Positions 27,890-38,010 of a stretch of DNA of 64,000 nt are shown one piece after another. The notes under the pieces are model-generated. The model was not told the origin of the DNA and did not search any database. It saw only the letters and a list, made by a program, of their open reading frames with translations. Source of the DNA: a virus; IMG/VR virus record IMGVR_UViG_3300022937_000008, positions 50,292-114,291 of that record. One strand, given 5' to 3'. The position numbers and the translations under genes were made by a program. Position 1 is the stretch's first letter. Each line of letters opens with the position of its first letter.

Positions 27890-28747
27890 TTAATAGAACT
27901 CGGTAATAACTACCAAACCAGGACGTCCATTTGAACCTCTATGTCCACTAAAGTATCCTGATGTTCCACCAGTTCCTGGTGCTGAATGTCCTTGGTGATT
28001 GTGAGCAAAGTGTCCACCTTGTGGGTGTCCTGCTGGTGCTGGGCCTCCCCAAAAACTCGATCCGCCCATTCCTGACGAACGTTGTTCGTGACTACCACCT
28101 GCACCACAGTAAATATTTAAATTTCCACCTGATCCTACGCCAGGTAATCCACCATTATGCTGGTTGTGTCTATTGGCACCATGACCGCCACTTGCAGAGC
28201 AGTAAGGTCCAAAACTAGAACCTCCGCCATTTCCGCCTGCGTTAGAATAATATGTTCCGCCACTTTCTCCTGATACACCAACTGATACTGAACTTACACC
28301 AGTTACATCAACAATTTCTTCTGAGTATCCTCCAGCAGCGCCTGACTCTCCGTGGCCTGAACCACCTCCGCCACCGCCTTGTACTTGTACATAAACATAA
28401 CGTACACCTGCTGGTTTGTTCCAAGTGCCGCTACCTGTAAAAACTGTCATTCCTCTAATACCAATTGGTTGGAATGTTAATCCGTTATTTGAACTGTTTA
28501 CTGTTAAACCTCTATAAGCACCTGCAAAACTTGTAATTCCAGTACCACCTTTAGTTGTTCCTAGTGATCCTGATGTTGTTGAACTTCCTAGGTTAACAGC
28601 ACCTGTTCCTAATTCTGTTCCTGTGATTGTATTATCAGCAAGTTGAGCAGTATCAATAGCACCAGTAGCAAAGTCACCGCTATTAACAGTTAAGTCTAAT
28701 AACGATTCGTTTGTTAATTTTTTAAGTGTTTGATAATTAAATGCCAT
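27890..28747 (-). CDS. Gly-rich, His-rich fibre/adhesin-like protein, paralogue B
   Basis: Same architecture; HPQGGHFAHNHQGH; 11 His. Confidence 0.8.
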   Translation of the reverse strand: MAFNYQTLKKLTNESLLDLTVNSGDFATGAIDTAQLADNTITGTELGTGAVNLGSSTTSGSLGTTKGGTGITSFAGAYRGLTVNSSNNGLTFQPIGIRGMTVFTGSGTWNKPAGVRYVYVQVQGGGGGGSGHGESGAAGGYSEEIVDVTGVSSVSVGVSGESGGTYYSNAGGNGGGSSFGPYCSASGGHGANRHNQHNGGLPGVGSGGNLNIYCGAGGSHEQRSSGMGGSSFWGGPAPAGHPQGGHFAHNHQGHSAPGTGGTSGYFSGHRGSNGRPGLVVITEFY

Positions 28748-28760
28748 CTATTTCTTGCTC

Positions 28761-29612
28761 CTAATAATAATTTGTTACTACAACCATACCTGGTCTTCCG
28801 TCTGAACCTCTATGTCCGTGGAAGTGTGCGCCTGCACCACCTGTACCTTGTGTACAATGGTTTTGGTGATTGTGAGCAAAGTGTCCACCTTGTGGGTGAT
28901 TTCCAGGTGCGCCTCCACCAAAGAACGTATTAGCACAACTCTGAGCACTTCTTGCGTGATGACTAAATCCGCCGCCTTGGTGAATATTTAAGTTACCGCC
29001 GCCTGCGCCACCACTAACACCACCTGAGTGTTGATTTTGTCTATTAGCACCATGTCCTCCTTGTGCAGAAAGATATGGTCCAAATGATGATGTATTACCA
29101 TTACCGCCTCGGTTAGCGTAGTATGTTCCGCCACCTCCGCCGCCAATGCTAATACCTACTGAACTAATTCCAGTAACGTCTAAGAATCTTTCACCGTAGC
29201 CACCGGCTCCGCCACCTTCTCCGTGACCTGATCCACCACCACCGCCACCTTGTACTTGTACCTTAATGTATCGTACACCGGATGGTCTGCTCCATGTACC
29301 GTTACCTGTCCAAACTTGTATACTAGCAACACCATGATTATCTGTTGTTAAGCCACTTCCAGTACTTCTTACAATTCTGTAAGCACCGCTAGTACTAGTT
29401 AAACCAGTACCACCTTGTGCAACACCAGCTGTGCCTGTAACTTTTGCTCCGCCTAAATCAACAGAGCTAGGAGCCATCTTTGCAGCTGAAATTTCACCTG
29501 CACCGATTTTTCCTGCTGTAACTTGCAAGTTACCAATATCTTGAGAAGCTATTGTACCGTCAACAATTGCCTGGTTAGATATCTTCTTAAGTGACTGATA
29601 ATCAAATGCCAT
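28761..29612 (-). CDS. Gly-rich, His-rich fibre/adhesin-like protein, paralogue A
   Basis: Same architecture; HPQGGHFAHNHQNH, AHFHGH; 15 His. Confidence 0.8.
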   Translation of the reverse strand: MAFDYQSLKKISNQAIVDGTIASQDIGNLQVTAGKIGAGEISAAKMAPSSVDLGGAKVTGTAGVAQGGTGLTSTSGAYRIVRSTGSGLTTDNHGVASIQVWTGNGTWSRPSGVRYIKVQVQGGGGGGSGHGEGGGAGGYGERFLDVTGISSVGISIGGGGGGTYYANRGGNGNTSSFGPYLSAQGGHGANRQNQHSGGVSGGAGGGNLNIHQGGGFSHHARSAQSCANTFFGGGAPGNHPQGGHFAHNHQNHCTQGTGGAGAHFHGHRGSDGRPGMVVVTNYY

Positions 29613-29623
29613 CTAATAACTCC

Positions 29624-30076
29624 TTAAATGTTCTCTATTAACCAACCTTCTGTAGCAGTTGAATACACTAATTTAAATGCTGCGCCTTCTGTAGTAACTG
29701 TCATTGCATCAGAGGTTCTCATAATAGGATTACCATTGTTTGCAATTGTCAATGTATTTGTATCAAATGTTCCTTTTAAGTCAAAAATCTGAATAATTTC
29801 ACCAGTTGAAGGAGAAGCAGGTAATGTTAATGTAATTGGACCACCACTGGTATCTACCCAATAAGCAGTTCCAGATACTGCTGCTGTACTGGAGGTAATA
29901 GCTACTCTATTCAATCCGCCGACTGGTAACCAAGCAGTTCCGTTATAGAACTCTAAATGATTACTATCGGTGTTATAATATTGAACACCAGCGTTAACTG
30001 TAGCGGGCCTTTCTGCTGTCGAGCCCATCAACATTCTTGGCTGTATTTCAATACCGTTATTAACTACTCTTCCCAT
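29624..30076 (-). CDS. Virion structural protein
   Basis: GSTAERP..G..YNT..LEFYNG and VDTSGG.ITLTLPASP..G fibre modules. Confidence 0.75.
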   Translation of the reverse strand: MGRVVNNGIEIQPRMLMGSTAERPATVNAGVQYYNTDSNHLEFYNGTAWLPVGGLNRVAITSSTAAVSGTAYWVDTSGGPITLTLPASPSTGEIIQIFDLKGTFDTNTLTIANNGNPIMRTSDAMTVTTEGAAFKLVYSTATEGWLIENI

Positions 30077-30090
30077 AGTATTATCTCCCG

Positions 30091-30411
30091 TTACGCTGTA
30101 GCAGTTTCAATACCAAACACTACCGCTGAAACGTTAATCGCATTTGATCTGACCACAATTTTCTTACCAGCATCTAACACGATACCTGTTCTTTCTAGAA
30201 CACCGTTTGCTGAAATCAGTGAATCATATTCAATGTATTCTGCATCAGTTGGTGTGTCCGCAGCCGCAGCAGCTACTCTAATTTCACTTGCCGTTCCGCC
30301 TCTGTTACACACCGATACTGTTACTACAGCAAATGTATCAGCAGGGACGGTATATAGAGTAGTGAGTGTGGCTGCACTTAAATCACCTGACCCTAATATT
30401 CCTGTTGCCAT
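30091..30411 (-). CDS. Small beta-rich virion structural protein
   Basis: LYTVPA..VSVCN motif; similar to 43993-44325 and 47449-47826. Confidence 0.7.
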   Translation of the reverse strand: MATGILGSGDLSAATLTTLYTVPADTFAVVTVSVCNRGGTASEIRVAAAAADTPTDAEYIEYDSLISANGVLERTGIVLDAGKKIVVRSNAINVSAVVFGIETATA

Positions 30412-30430
30412 TTTATTATATCTCCATTTA

Positions 30431-33400
30431 TTAGTTTAAGAAGTAACTCCAAGCCAACGGATAACCATCCACTGAGCCTTTGAAGTTCATATTAGCATTA
30501 ATACTTATCGCCGCGCCTGTCGTTGTTGTAATTTGTGTTCCAGCAATGTAAATGAAACCTGCTGTAACACTGTTAACGTTCAACGATGCACCACCGCCAC
30601 CAATTTGTGAACTAATGTATGCTTTAATAGCACGTTGAGTAGGTACAACGCTATCGCTATCCGCTGTAAAGAATGGGTCTGTACTAAACTCTTCAATACT
30701 TGCAGATCCTCCACCTAGTGTAACTTCACCAAGTGTAAGTTCTTGTAGTCCTGCAATGTTAAATGCATCAGCATTCAATGTTGCAACACCAGTACTCTGT
30801 TCAACGTTAAACAATCCGCCAACTCTAAAGTTACCGTCTTGGTCTGTTGAAGTAAAGAATACTCTACCACCGTTTCTTTCTCTAGTTTCTTGTGCAGGAA
30901 TCGGATCTTGTGTTGGTGCATTAGGATAGTTTGTTTCTGCAAAACTACCTGTACCAATATCTAAGAAGTCATGTCCTGTCAATCTAACCTGTGAGTATCT
31001 AATTCTAGTTGTTACAGTTGTTCCGTGAGTTGGAACATTGTACAACTTCATTTCAGGTGAAACTTGGAAGAAACAAGTGTAAGATCCATTGTCATTACCT
31101 AGCAATGTGTAGATGTTAACTAGTTTGAATGTTTCGCCTGGTAGGTGTCCAAACACAACGTTTGATCCTGCTACCGGAACTTCTGTTAGTCTTCTAACAG
31201 CAATAAACGAACCACTCTGATAGTAATCTGCATAACCATCCCCTGTACCATTAATTAGATCAGCGGATGCAGAAACATATCCAGTTCCTCTACTTGTAAA
31301 TGTTGGTGTAGCAAGTGTTCCTGCCGAAGCAATTCTAACATCTGCTGGTACAGCGTAGATTTCGCTTGGATCAGTAATTGTCATTGTTGGAGCACTTGTG
31401 TAACCACTGCCTGGTTCAACAATAGTAATCTTAAAGATCTTATTCTCTGCAACGTATGCTCTACCTTTAGCAGTAGCACCTGTGTAAATTGCAATTTGCT
31501 GATCACTACCTGCATCGCCAACAATTACACTAAACACACCGCGTCTAGTTTTGTTAACACCAAATGCAATTGCAATACCACCACTACTTGAGCTTATTTC
31601 ACCGTCACCGTATCCTGTCCATGTCCAGTTAATACCGTCTTGTGAATGTGCAACATAGTCATATCCGTTAACAGCAGCGTTGTATGCTGTTGCCATAAAC
31701 AGACCTTGACCATATTCAACTTTTTGTATGCCTGCAGGTGTAGTTGAGTCAGGTGAACCAATTGTCATTGCTGACCATGTAGCACCGTCTAAACTAAATG
31801 CTGCGTTATCGCTGTCTGTAGCTGTTGCAACAAACTTACCATTACCCCAAGCAACACTGCTCCAGTTTGAACTTGCTGGAAGTGAAACGTCTGTCCAATT
31901 TTCGCCACCATCAGATGACCATGCAGCAGTTGTACTACCGGCTTTAACAGCTACAAGTCTGCCACGTCTTGCTGTGATTGCAGTAAATCCTGTGCTGTTT
32001 AATGTACCTGTAACGTCCCAAACTATACCATCTAGTGAAATAGCAACTGTTGTGCTGTTACTTGCAATAGCAATAAAGCGTCCGTTGTCATAAGTAACTC
32101 CGCACCAATCAGCACTTGCTGGTAATGCTGAAGCTACCCAAGTAACACCGTTATCTGAGTATGCAGCACTTGTTCCACTGTCTGCAACTGCAACAAATCT
32201 TCCTTGTTTTGCAAGTGTTGATCCGTCTTCAATTAAGCCGTGTGCAACAGCAGTCCAGTTAGATGTTGAAGGCATTGTGTTTGCTACCCAGTTAGTGCCG
32301 TCCATTGAGTAAGCACCTGCATTTGCAGCGGTTTTAACTGCTACAAATACACCTGGTTGTCCGTAACCCTCTTCGTCATATACTAATACTGCACCATTAC
32401 TATCTACTGATGTAATTGTTATTGTTAAATCGTGTGTTCCGTCAGTACCACCAAGTGCAGAACCTAGTACCGTAACGTTTTCAAGTCTTGCATAATTTGC
32501 ACCGCCACTTACTAGTGTAGTTTTATATTTCCAACCATTCTTGGTTACAGTAATACTTAAACCACTTCCTGATCCGCCTGATGGACTTACAACATAAACT
32601 CCTGTTGTTTCACCAAATGCTGAATCTTTCCAAGTACCTGTAGTTGGAAGTGTTTGTAGTGAACTTCCAAAGCCTGGGCTTGTAAATTGAACTCTTGGTT
32701 GAACAACATATGTTGATGAAGCATCAGGTGAAGCAATAGTAGTTCCTGCAACTACGTGATCCCATCCTGACCCACCTGTTGATTCTTTTGTAACTGTAGC
32801 AATCTTAGTACCTGCGTTGTATGTTGCAATAACACCGTATTGTCCAACACCTGTACCACCGGTTACATAAACTACCATGCCTACATATGCTGAACTTGTT
32901 TCAGCATCAGTAGCTGCAAGTGTAATACTTGTTGAAGTACCACCCTGTGCAGTGTTAGCGTTTGAAACATAACCAAAGCCACCGAAGTTTCCTGCTGCTT
33001 CTGGAGCATCAGTACTATCGTCAACTAGATCTTTTAAGAATACTTGATGTACAGCACCGTTTCTAAATTCATCATTGTATGATGATGCACCAGTACCTGC
33101 GCCTGAAATTAATGTATCAACTTCAGTGTATTCTTGACCTGCGTTTTCATATTCAAAGTTGTAAACTTGTTGAGCACCGTCGGTGTTTACTTCGGAGATA
33201 ATAGCTTCGAACTGGAACTTATTATCAACAATCGCAGTGTTTGGAGTTTCAGTTGAATCAAATCCTTCTGCTACTGAACCAAAGTCACCGTATGAGTTGT
33301 TACCGTTTGTACCTCTAATTCTACCACCGTCTGTTGACAAGTAACCAATGTGTGAGTAGTAAGTAAACACAGAAACAAGTTCTGCTCTACCATTGTTTGC

Positions 33401-36400
33401 TACCCAAGCACCGATACCGTCTGATATAACCTGTGTAAAGTCGTTACTAACAATCGAATCGTTACCACCTGCGTGTAATGCACCGTCAATTTTCTGACCA
33501 ATTGCAGCATAACCAAATGTTGTAACACCTTGTACATATGGTGAACGTGAAGTGATCCATACTCTGTAATCTTCTGGACCCCAACCTGGATCAAGTGAAC
33601 AATATGCTCCTGCTGTAACTCTTGAAGTTCCATATGAGTTTGGAGGAGTTAAATCACCACTTAGTCCATCAAGTGTTTGGTTTCTAATACCTGTTCCGTT
33701 TCTTAGATAGTACATATCTTCTTCTAAGGAACCTTTTACTGAGTTACCATACCATCTTGCTGCTAATAGTGTTTTGTAATTTCCTTTGTAGTCAATGTCA
33801 TATTTTAGAGCATTGATAACTTCACCCACATCACGTAAGCAGAATGTTTTATCGTATGCAAGTTCAACTCCCATCGAACCTGTGTCTGTATCTAATGACA
33901 TTGCGTCTGCTACATTACGCATTTTTGCAACTGTAAATGTTGTGCTACTTAAAATTGAATGTACATAATAAGTATTGCCTGCAACAATTCCGTCTCCGCC
34001 TGTTGTTACTGGTGGACTTAAAACAGTTCCATTAAATTTAATTGCTAAGCCGCGTTGTAACCAGCTAGTATCACTAATTGTAATTGCATCTGTACCAGCA
34101 TCTGTTGCTGTTGCAGTGTCGTTCCATGTGTTAGCAATATAAGCTTCAGCTTCAGCAACAATAAATGCTCTGTTTCTTTCTAGTTGCTCTCTTGCATGAT
34201 GTGCGTTTCTGTATTCTGTAGAACATCTTGAACCTTCAGTTGTTCCACTGTAAATAATTGTATCAATATTATCAAACAATGTTGCAAATCTTGATGCTGC
34301 TGTTGTGTCACCGTTTAAGTAGGTAGCAGTATCGCCAGCAACTGTTTCTGCAACAAATTGATATGCTGCTCTAGTTGCTGCTTTCTGTCCTAAATCATAA
34401 ACATCACTAGCAGTAGATCTTAGATATGCGTAAGCATTTTTAATTGTTTGCCAGTTGCTGTTAAACATAAAGTCAAACATTGCACCTTCTAACAACAATC
34501 TCATATCTCTCTTACATTTGTCTGCATTGTAAGTTAAGTTTGGATAATTGTCTGCTAGATAGTTAGACATTGCGCTTACAAGGGCCTCTTGCTGCGCATC
34601 TAAGGTCTCTGCAGCGGTGATCAATGCGGTTGTACTAGTTACACCATTCGTTGCAATAGGATAGTCAATTTTATCAACTACAAGTCCTAAACCAGTACCG
34701 TTTGATAATGACAGTGTTGAACCGCCGTATGTTTGTGAAACAGTAAATGTATTAGAAGCTGCTGTATTATTAACCCAGAATGTAGTATCAGCAGTTAAGC
34801 CATTACCGCTTGTTCTCGGAATAATTTTATCACCAACTTGTAAACCGTGTGCTCCACTTGTTGTAATAACATTTGAAGAAATACTATCAATTGTTAAATT
34901 AGGTCTAGTACTTACATCAGTGATTGTATTAATGATAACATCTAGTGCTGCTTCAATATGTGCAATAGCAGCAGCAGAACCAGCTGTAGCTGATCTATAC
35001 TGAAGTGTGTTTCCTAATTTAGTTAATACTGAATTGCCTGCAATTGCTGAAAGTTGAGTTTTCATCTCTCCGTATGCAGCAATTGTTGCTGTTTTTTCTG
35101 TACTATCAATAGCAAGTGAGCCAGCAATACCATCATAGTATGCTGTAGCAGCATCAACAGTTGCTTTATAACCGCCATATGTTAAATCATATGCAATAGC
35201 ATCTACAATGTAACCAATGTCTTGTTTACATTTTGTTTTGCTGTACTTGATATTAGGATAGTTAACACCAATCCAAAGAGTAATTTCTTCTTGTAAGAAC
35301 GCTTTGTTTTCTTCGATTAAATGTCTAGCATCGCCATAACCAACTAGATATGATGAATTATATCCTGTTGGATCAGTACGTGTCATAAGATCTAAACCTC
35401 CAACACGGAAGTCGATGTTATGAATCATTGTTTCAATTAATTTATCTACTTCTGCAGATTCAACTGTGTCTGCAAAAGGAACTGCAATATCTTGTACTTC
35501 TGTATTTCCTGTTGTAGCTGTTACAGTAGCACCTGTGATTACATCTTTAATAACACCTTTCAAATGCTGATAAGTGTTTAAAGTGTAATATGTATCTGTA
35601 TGGTGAGTTGTGCCAACAGCAGGACCTGCATTAGTTGCACGAATTTCATCACCGATTACACAAGTATGTTCTGGTACTAAGATCGGAAGTACTTCTCTAT
35701 AACGTCCAGTTTTAACTTTAATAATGTTGTTTGGCTGTACACGCTCAGGAATTCTAGTTGTGTCGCCATCTTCAAGTGCGTTGTTAATGATTGTAACTAA
35801 ACTAGATACAACAGCATCAACTCCTGATTCAGCAATAATATCACTATCTTTCCATTGTGCAACAACAGCAGTTGAAAGGTCACCGTTTGTTGTTTGATAG
35901 TTAACTGTAGGATCTGTTTGTGCTAATACATTGCTTACAACTGTTAACATATAGTTGTTTGCAGCAATATCGTTTGCAGATTCTGTAGAAAGTCTTGTGT
36001 ATTCTTTAACACCTGCGTTTTCACTTTCTTCAAGACCGCCGACATATGCATTAGCAGCACCTCTAACTTTAACGTTACCGCCGTGTCTTAAGTCAAAGAT
36101 AACAGCATCGACAATCCAACCAATGTCTCTGTAACATTTGTTGTCGTCATATGTAAAGTTATACCAAATACTTGTAGCATCTGGTACTGTAACTGTGTTG
36201 TATTCAATTTGATAATTAATCCATTCAGTTACTTCTTTCTGAATGAATGTTCTGTTTAATTCAAGAAGTTTTGTTGCATTAGGAAGTCTTGGTCCGTGTT
36301 CAACTTGTTGACAAGCATATCTAATGCTGCTCCAAGGTTTATCTAATGTTCCACCAAATACTGGGTACGGATTGTTTGTACCGTGTGGTGCAACAAAGTA

Positions 36401-37978
36401 AACGTGATCTGAGGAACCTAATGATCTCCATTGAGGATACTCAGCACCTGCCATAAGTACTTGACCTTCTACACCGATTGGTAATCTAGTTACACCAGCA
36501 CCGCCATAGTAAACAAGGTCACCTTTAGTAGTTAGAATATCTGTTTCTGAACCTGTAATTAACTGGTTCCAATAAGTACCTGTTAAGTCTTGATCTGGAC
36601 GAGAGTTATCTGCTCCGCCACCTTCGGCTCCAATTGTTGAACCGTCATCGCCTTCTGATCTGTGTCTTGATACACAAACATATGCGTTTGCACCAAATTT
36701 AACAACATCGCCAATTTCATAATCTGTATCGTCAGTCCAGTCACCTTGCCAACTAAATCCTTCGTTTAGTCTTCCCCAGTAGTTAGGTTCTGTAGGATGA
36801 GCAGCAACTCTTGCTGTCATCGAACCTGTAGCTGTGTCAGGTTCAAATACTGTTCCACCGTGTACTGTTGAAATTGTAAATTGTGTACCGCTGTCTACAG
36901 TTTTAACAAAGTAAAGTGCATCTGAATTAACATTACCAAATGTTGTTCCACTAAATTGTACTGACTGACCAACAGTCATTCCAGTTGTGTCAGCAGTTGT
37001 GAAAAGATTTGTTCCGTTAGTAGATGCTGTTACTGTAAAGTCATTACTTGGTGAATCAGCAATTGCAACATAGCTGTAACCGTTGTTTCTTACAACCTGA
37101 CCAACTTTATAGTCTGTTGTGTTGACCCAAGCACTTTGGAAATCAAATCCTTCGCTGAATAATCCCCAGTCTGAACCGTTGTCTGGTGGAGTTTTTGCAG
37201 TGTTGTGTGTTTTTGCAACGTAACTGTTACCACCGTACTTAACAACATCACCAATTTTATAGTTTGCACTGTTGTTCCAATCGTTGGAAAATTCAAAACC
37301 TTCAACAAAGGAAGCCCAGTTAGCAGTGTCGTTGGTAAACGATGTAACATCTGATGTGTGGTATGTTGTACAAATATAAAGATTTGCACCATACTTAACA
37401 ATATCGTTAATTTTATATCTTGTTGCGGCTACCCATGAGCCTTTGTACTCGATGCCTTGGTTAAAATAATCCCACTTGGCTTGATCATTTTCAAGACCTA
37501 GTGCATTTGTTGCAGCTGATGTGTGTCCAGTGTTACAAACATATGTTACACCACCATACTTAATTAAATCATTAAGTTTATATCTAGTCGCTGCGACCCA
37601 AGCGCCTTTCCAATCAAATCCTTCAGCATATACATCCCACTTGGCAGTATCTAACTCTAACCCATCGGAAGTAGTAGCGGCAGAAGTGTGGGCAGTGTTA
37701 CAGATGTATAAGTTGCCACCGTATTTGACAACATCGTTTAATACATAATAAGTTGCTGTTGACCAATCACCTTTCCATGATTGACCATCAGTCATTGTGT
37801 TCCATTTACTAGGAACATCGTTGAAATTTACATAAAAATCTGGGTCTGAAGTATGTCCTACAGCACATATAAATGTTTTACCGCCGTATCGGACAACGTC
37901 ATCTTTATAGTATGTCGTGGAACCTGCCCAGTCCCCTTTCCATACAAATCTAATTCTACCAAGTTTAAATTCTGCCAT
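30431..37978 (-). CDS. Giant virion structural/fibre protein (2515 aa)
   Basis: Seven N-terminal WxGxW..Y..DVV.YGG..Y.C..HTS repeats, helical CxRD repeats, RSPY.Q/NDFTQ central domain, S.DG..W propeller-like repeats, RLTGHDFLDIG C-terminal domain. Confidence 0.85.
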   Translation of the reverse strand: MAEFKLGRIRFVWKGDWAGSTTYYKDDVVRYGGKTFICAVGHTSDPDFYVNFNDVPSKWNTMTDGQSWKGDWSTATYYVLNDVVKYGGNLYICNTAHTSAATTSDGLELDTAKWDVYAEGFDWKGAWVAATRYKLNDLIKYGGVTYVCNTGHTSAATNALGLENDQAKWDYFNQGIEYKGSWVAATRYKINDIVKYGANLYICTTYHTSDVTSFTNDTANWASFVEGFEFSNDWNNSANYKIGDVVKYGGNSYVAKTHNTAKTPPDNGSDWGLFSEGFDFQSAWVNTTDYKVGQVVRNNGYSYVAIADSPSNDFTVTASTNGTNLFTTADTTGMTVGQSVQFSGTTFGNVNSDALYFVKTVDSGTQFTISTVHGGTVFEPDTATGSMTARVAAHPTEPNYWGRLNEGFSWQGDWTDDTDYEIGDVVKFGANAYVCVSRHRSEGDDGSTIGAEGGGADNSRPDQDLTGTYWNQLITGSETDILTTKGDLVYYGGAGVTRLPIGVEGQVLMAGAEYPQWRSLGSSDHVYFVAPHGTNNPYPVFGGTLDKPWSSIRYACQQVEHGPRLPNATKLLELNRTFIQKEVTEWINYQIEYNTVTVPDATSIWYNFTYDDNKCYRDIGWIVDAVIFDLRHGGNVKVRGAANAYVGGLEESENAGVKEYTRLSTESANDIAANNYMLTVVSNVLAQTDPTVNYQTTNGDLSTAVVAQWKDSDIIAESGVDAVVSSLVTIINNALEDGDTTRIPERVQPNNIIKVKTGRYREVLPILVPEHTCVIGDEIRATNAGPAVGTTHHTDTYYTLNTYQHLKGVIKDVITGATVTATTGNTEVQDIAVPFADTVESAEVDKLIETMIHNIDFRVGGLDLMTRTDPTGYNSSYLVGYGDARHLIEENKAFLQEEITLWIGVNYPNIKYSKTKCKQDIGYIVDAIAYDLTYGGYKATVDAATAYYDGIAGSLAIDSTEKTATIAAYGEMKTQLSAIAGNSVLTKLGNTLQYRSATAGSAAAIAHIEAALDVIINTITDVSTRPNLTIDSISSNVITTSGAHGLQVGDKIIPRTSGNGLTADTTFWVNNTAASNTFTVSQTYGGSTLSLSNGTGLGLVVDKIDYPIATNGVTSTTALITAAETLDAQQEALVSAMSNYLADNYPNLTYNADKCKRDMRLLLEGAMFDFMFNSNWQTIKNAYAYLRSTASDVYDLGQKAATRAAYQFVAETVAGDTATYLNGDTTAASRFATLFDNIDTIIYSGTTEGSRCSTEYRNAHHAREQLERNRAFIVAEAEAYIANTWNDTATATDAGTDAITISDTSWLQRGLAIKFNGTVLSPPVTTGGDGIVAGNTYYVHSILSSTTFTVAKMRNVADAMSLDTDTGSMGVELAYDKTFCLRDVGEVINALKYDIDYKGNYKTLLAARWYGNSVKGSLEEDMYYLRNGTGIRNQTLDGLSGDLTPPNSYGTSRVTAGAYCSLDPGWGPEDYRVWITSRSPYVQGVTTFGYAAIGQKIDGALHAGGNDSIVSNDFTQVISDGIGAWVANNGRAELVSVFTYYSHIGYLSTDGGRIRGTNGNNSYGDFGSVAEGFDSTETPNTAIVDNKFQFEAIISEVNTDGAQQVYNFEYENAGQEYTEVDTLISGAGTGASSYNDEFRNGAVHQVFLKDLVDDSTDAPEAAGNFGGFGYVSNANTAQGGTSTSITLAATDAETSSAYVGMVVYVTGGTGVGQYGVIATYNAGTKIATVTKESTGGSGWDHVVAGTTIASPDASSTYVVQPRVQFTSPGFGSSLQTLPTTGTWKDSAFGETTGVYVVSPSGGSGSGLSITVTKNGWKYKTTLVSGGANYARLENVTVLGSALGGTDGTHDLTITITSVDSNGAVLVYDEEGYGQPGVFVAVKTAANAGAYSMDGTNWVANTMPSTSNWTAVAHGLIEDGSTLAKQGRFVAVADSGTSAAYSDNGVTWVASALPASADWCGVTYDNGRFIAIASNSTTVAISLDGIVWDVTGTLNSTGFTAITARRGRLVAVKAGSTTAAWSSDGGENWTDVSLPASSNWSSVAWGNGKFVATATDSDNAAFSLDGATWSAMTIGSPDSTTPAGIQKVEYGQGLFMATAYNAAVNGYDYVAHSQDGINWTWTGYGDGEISSSSGGIAIAFGVNKTRRGVFSVIVGDAGSDQQIAIYTGATAKGRAYVAENKIFKITIVEPGSGYTSAPTMTITDPSEIYAVPADVRIASAGTLATPTFTSRGTGYVSASADLINGTGDGYADYYQSGSFIAVRRLTEVPVAGSNVVFGHLPGETFKLVNIYTLLGNDNGSYTCFFQVSPEMKLYNVPTHGTTVTTRIRYSQVRLTGHDFLDIGTGSFAETNYPNAPTQDPIPAQETRERNGGRVFFTSTDQDGNFRVGGLFNVEQSTGVATLNADAFNIAGLQELTLGEVTLGGGSASIEEFSTDPFFTADSDSVVPTQRAIKAYISSQIGGGGASLNVNSVTAGFIYIAGTQITTTTGAAISINANMNFKGSVDGYPLAWSYFLN

Positions 37979-38010
37979 TTAATTAACTCCGTTGTACTTA
38001 TTTACCTTAA

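Noticed and set aside
27013-29612. Paralogous repeats as DGR template/variable regions or invertible cassettes
   Set aside because: No reverse transcriptase or invertase in the window; all three are intact co-oriented genes with their own SDs; differences are not obviously adenine-specific
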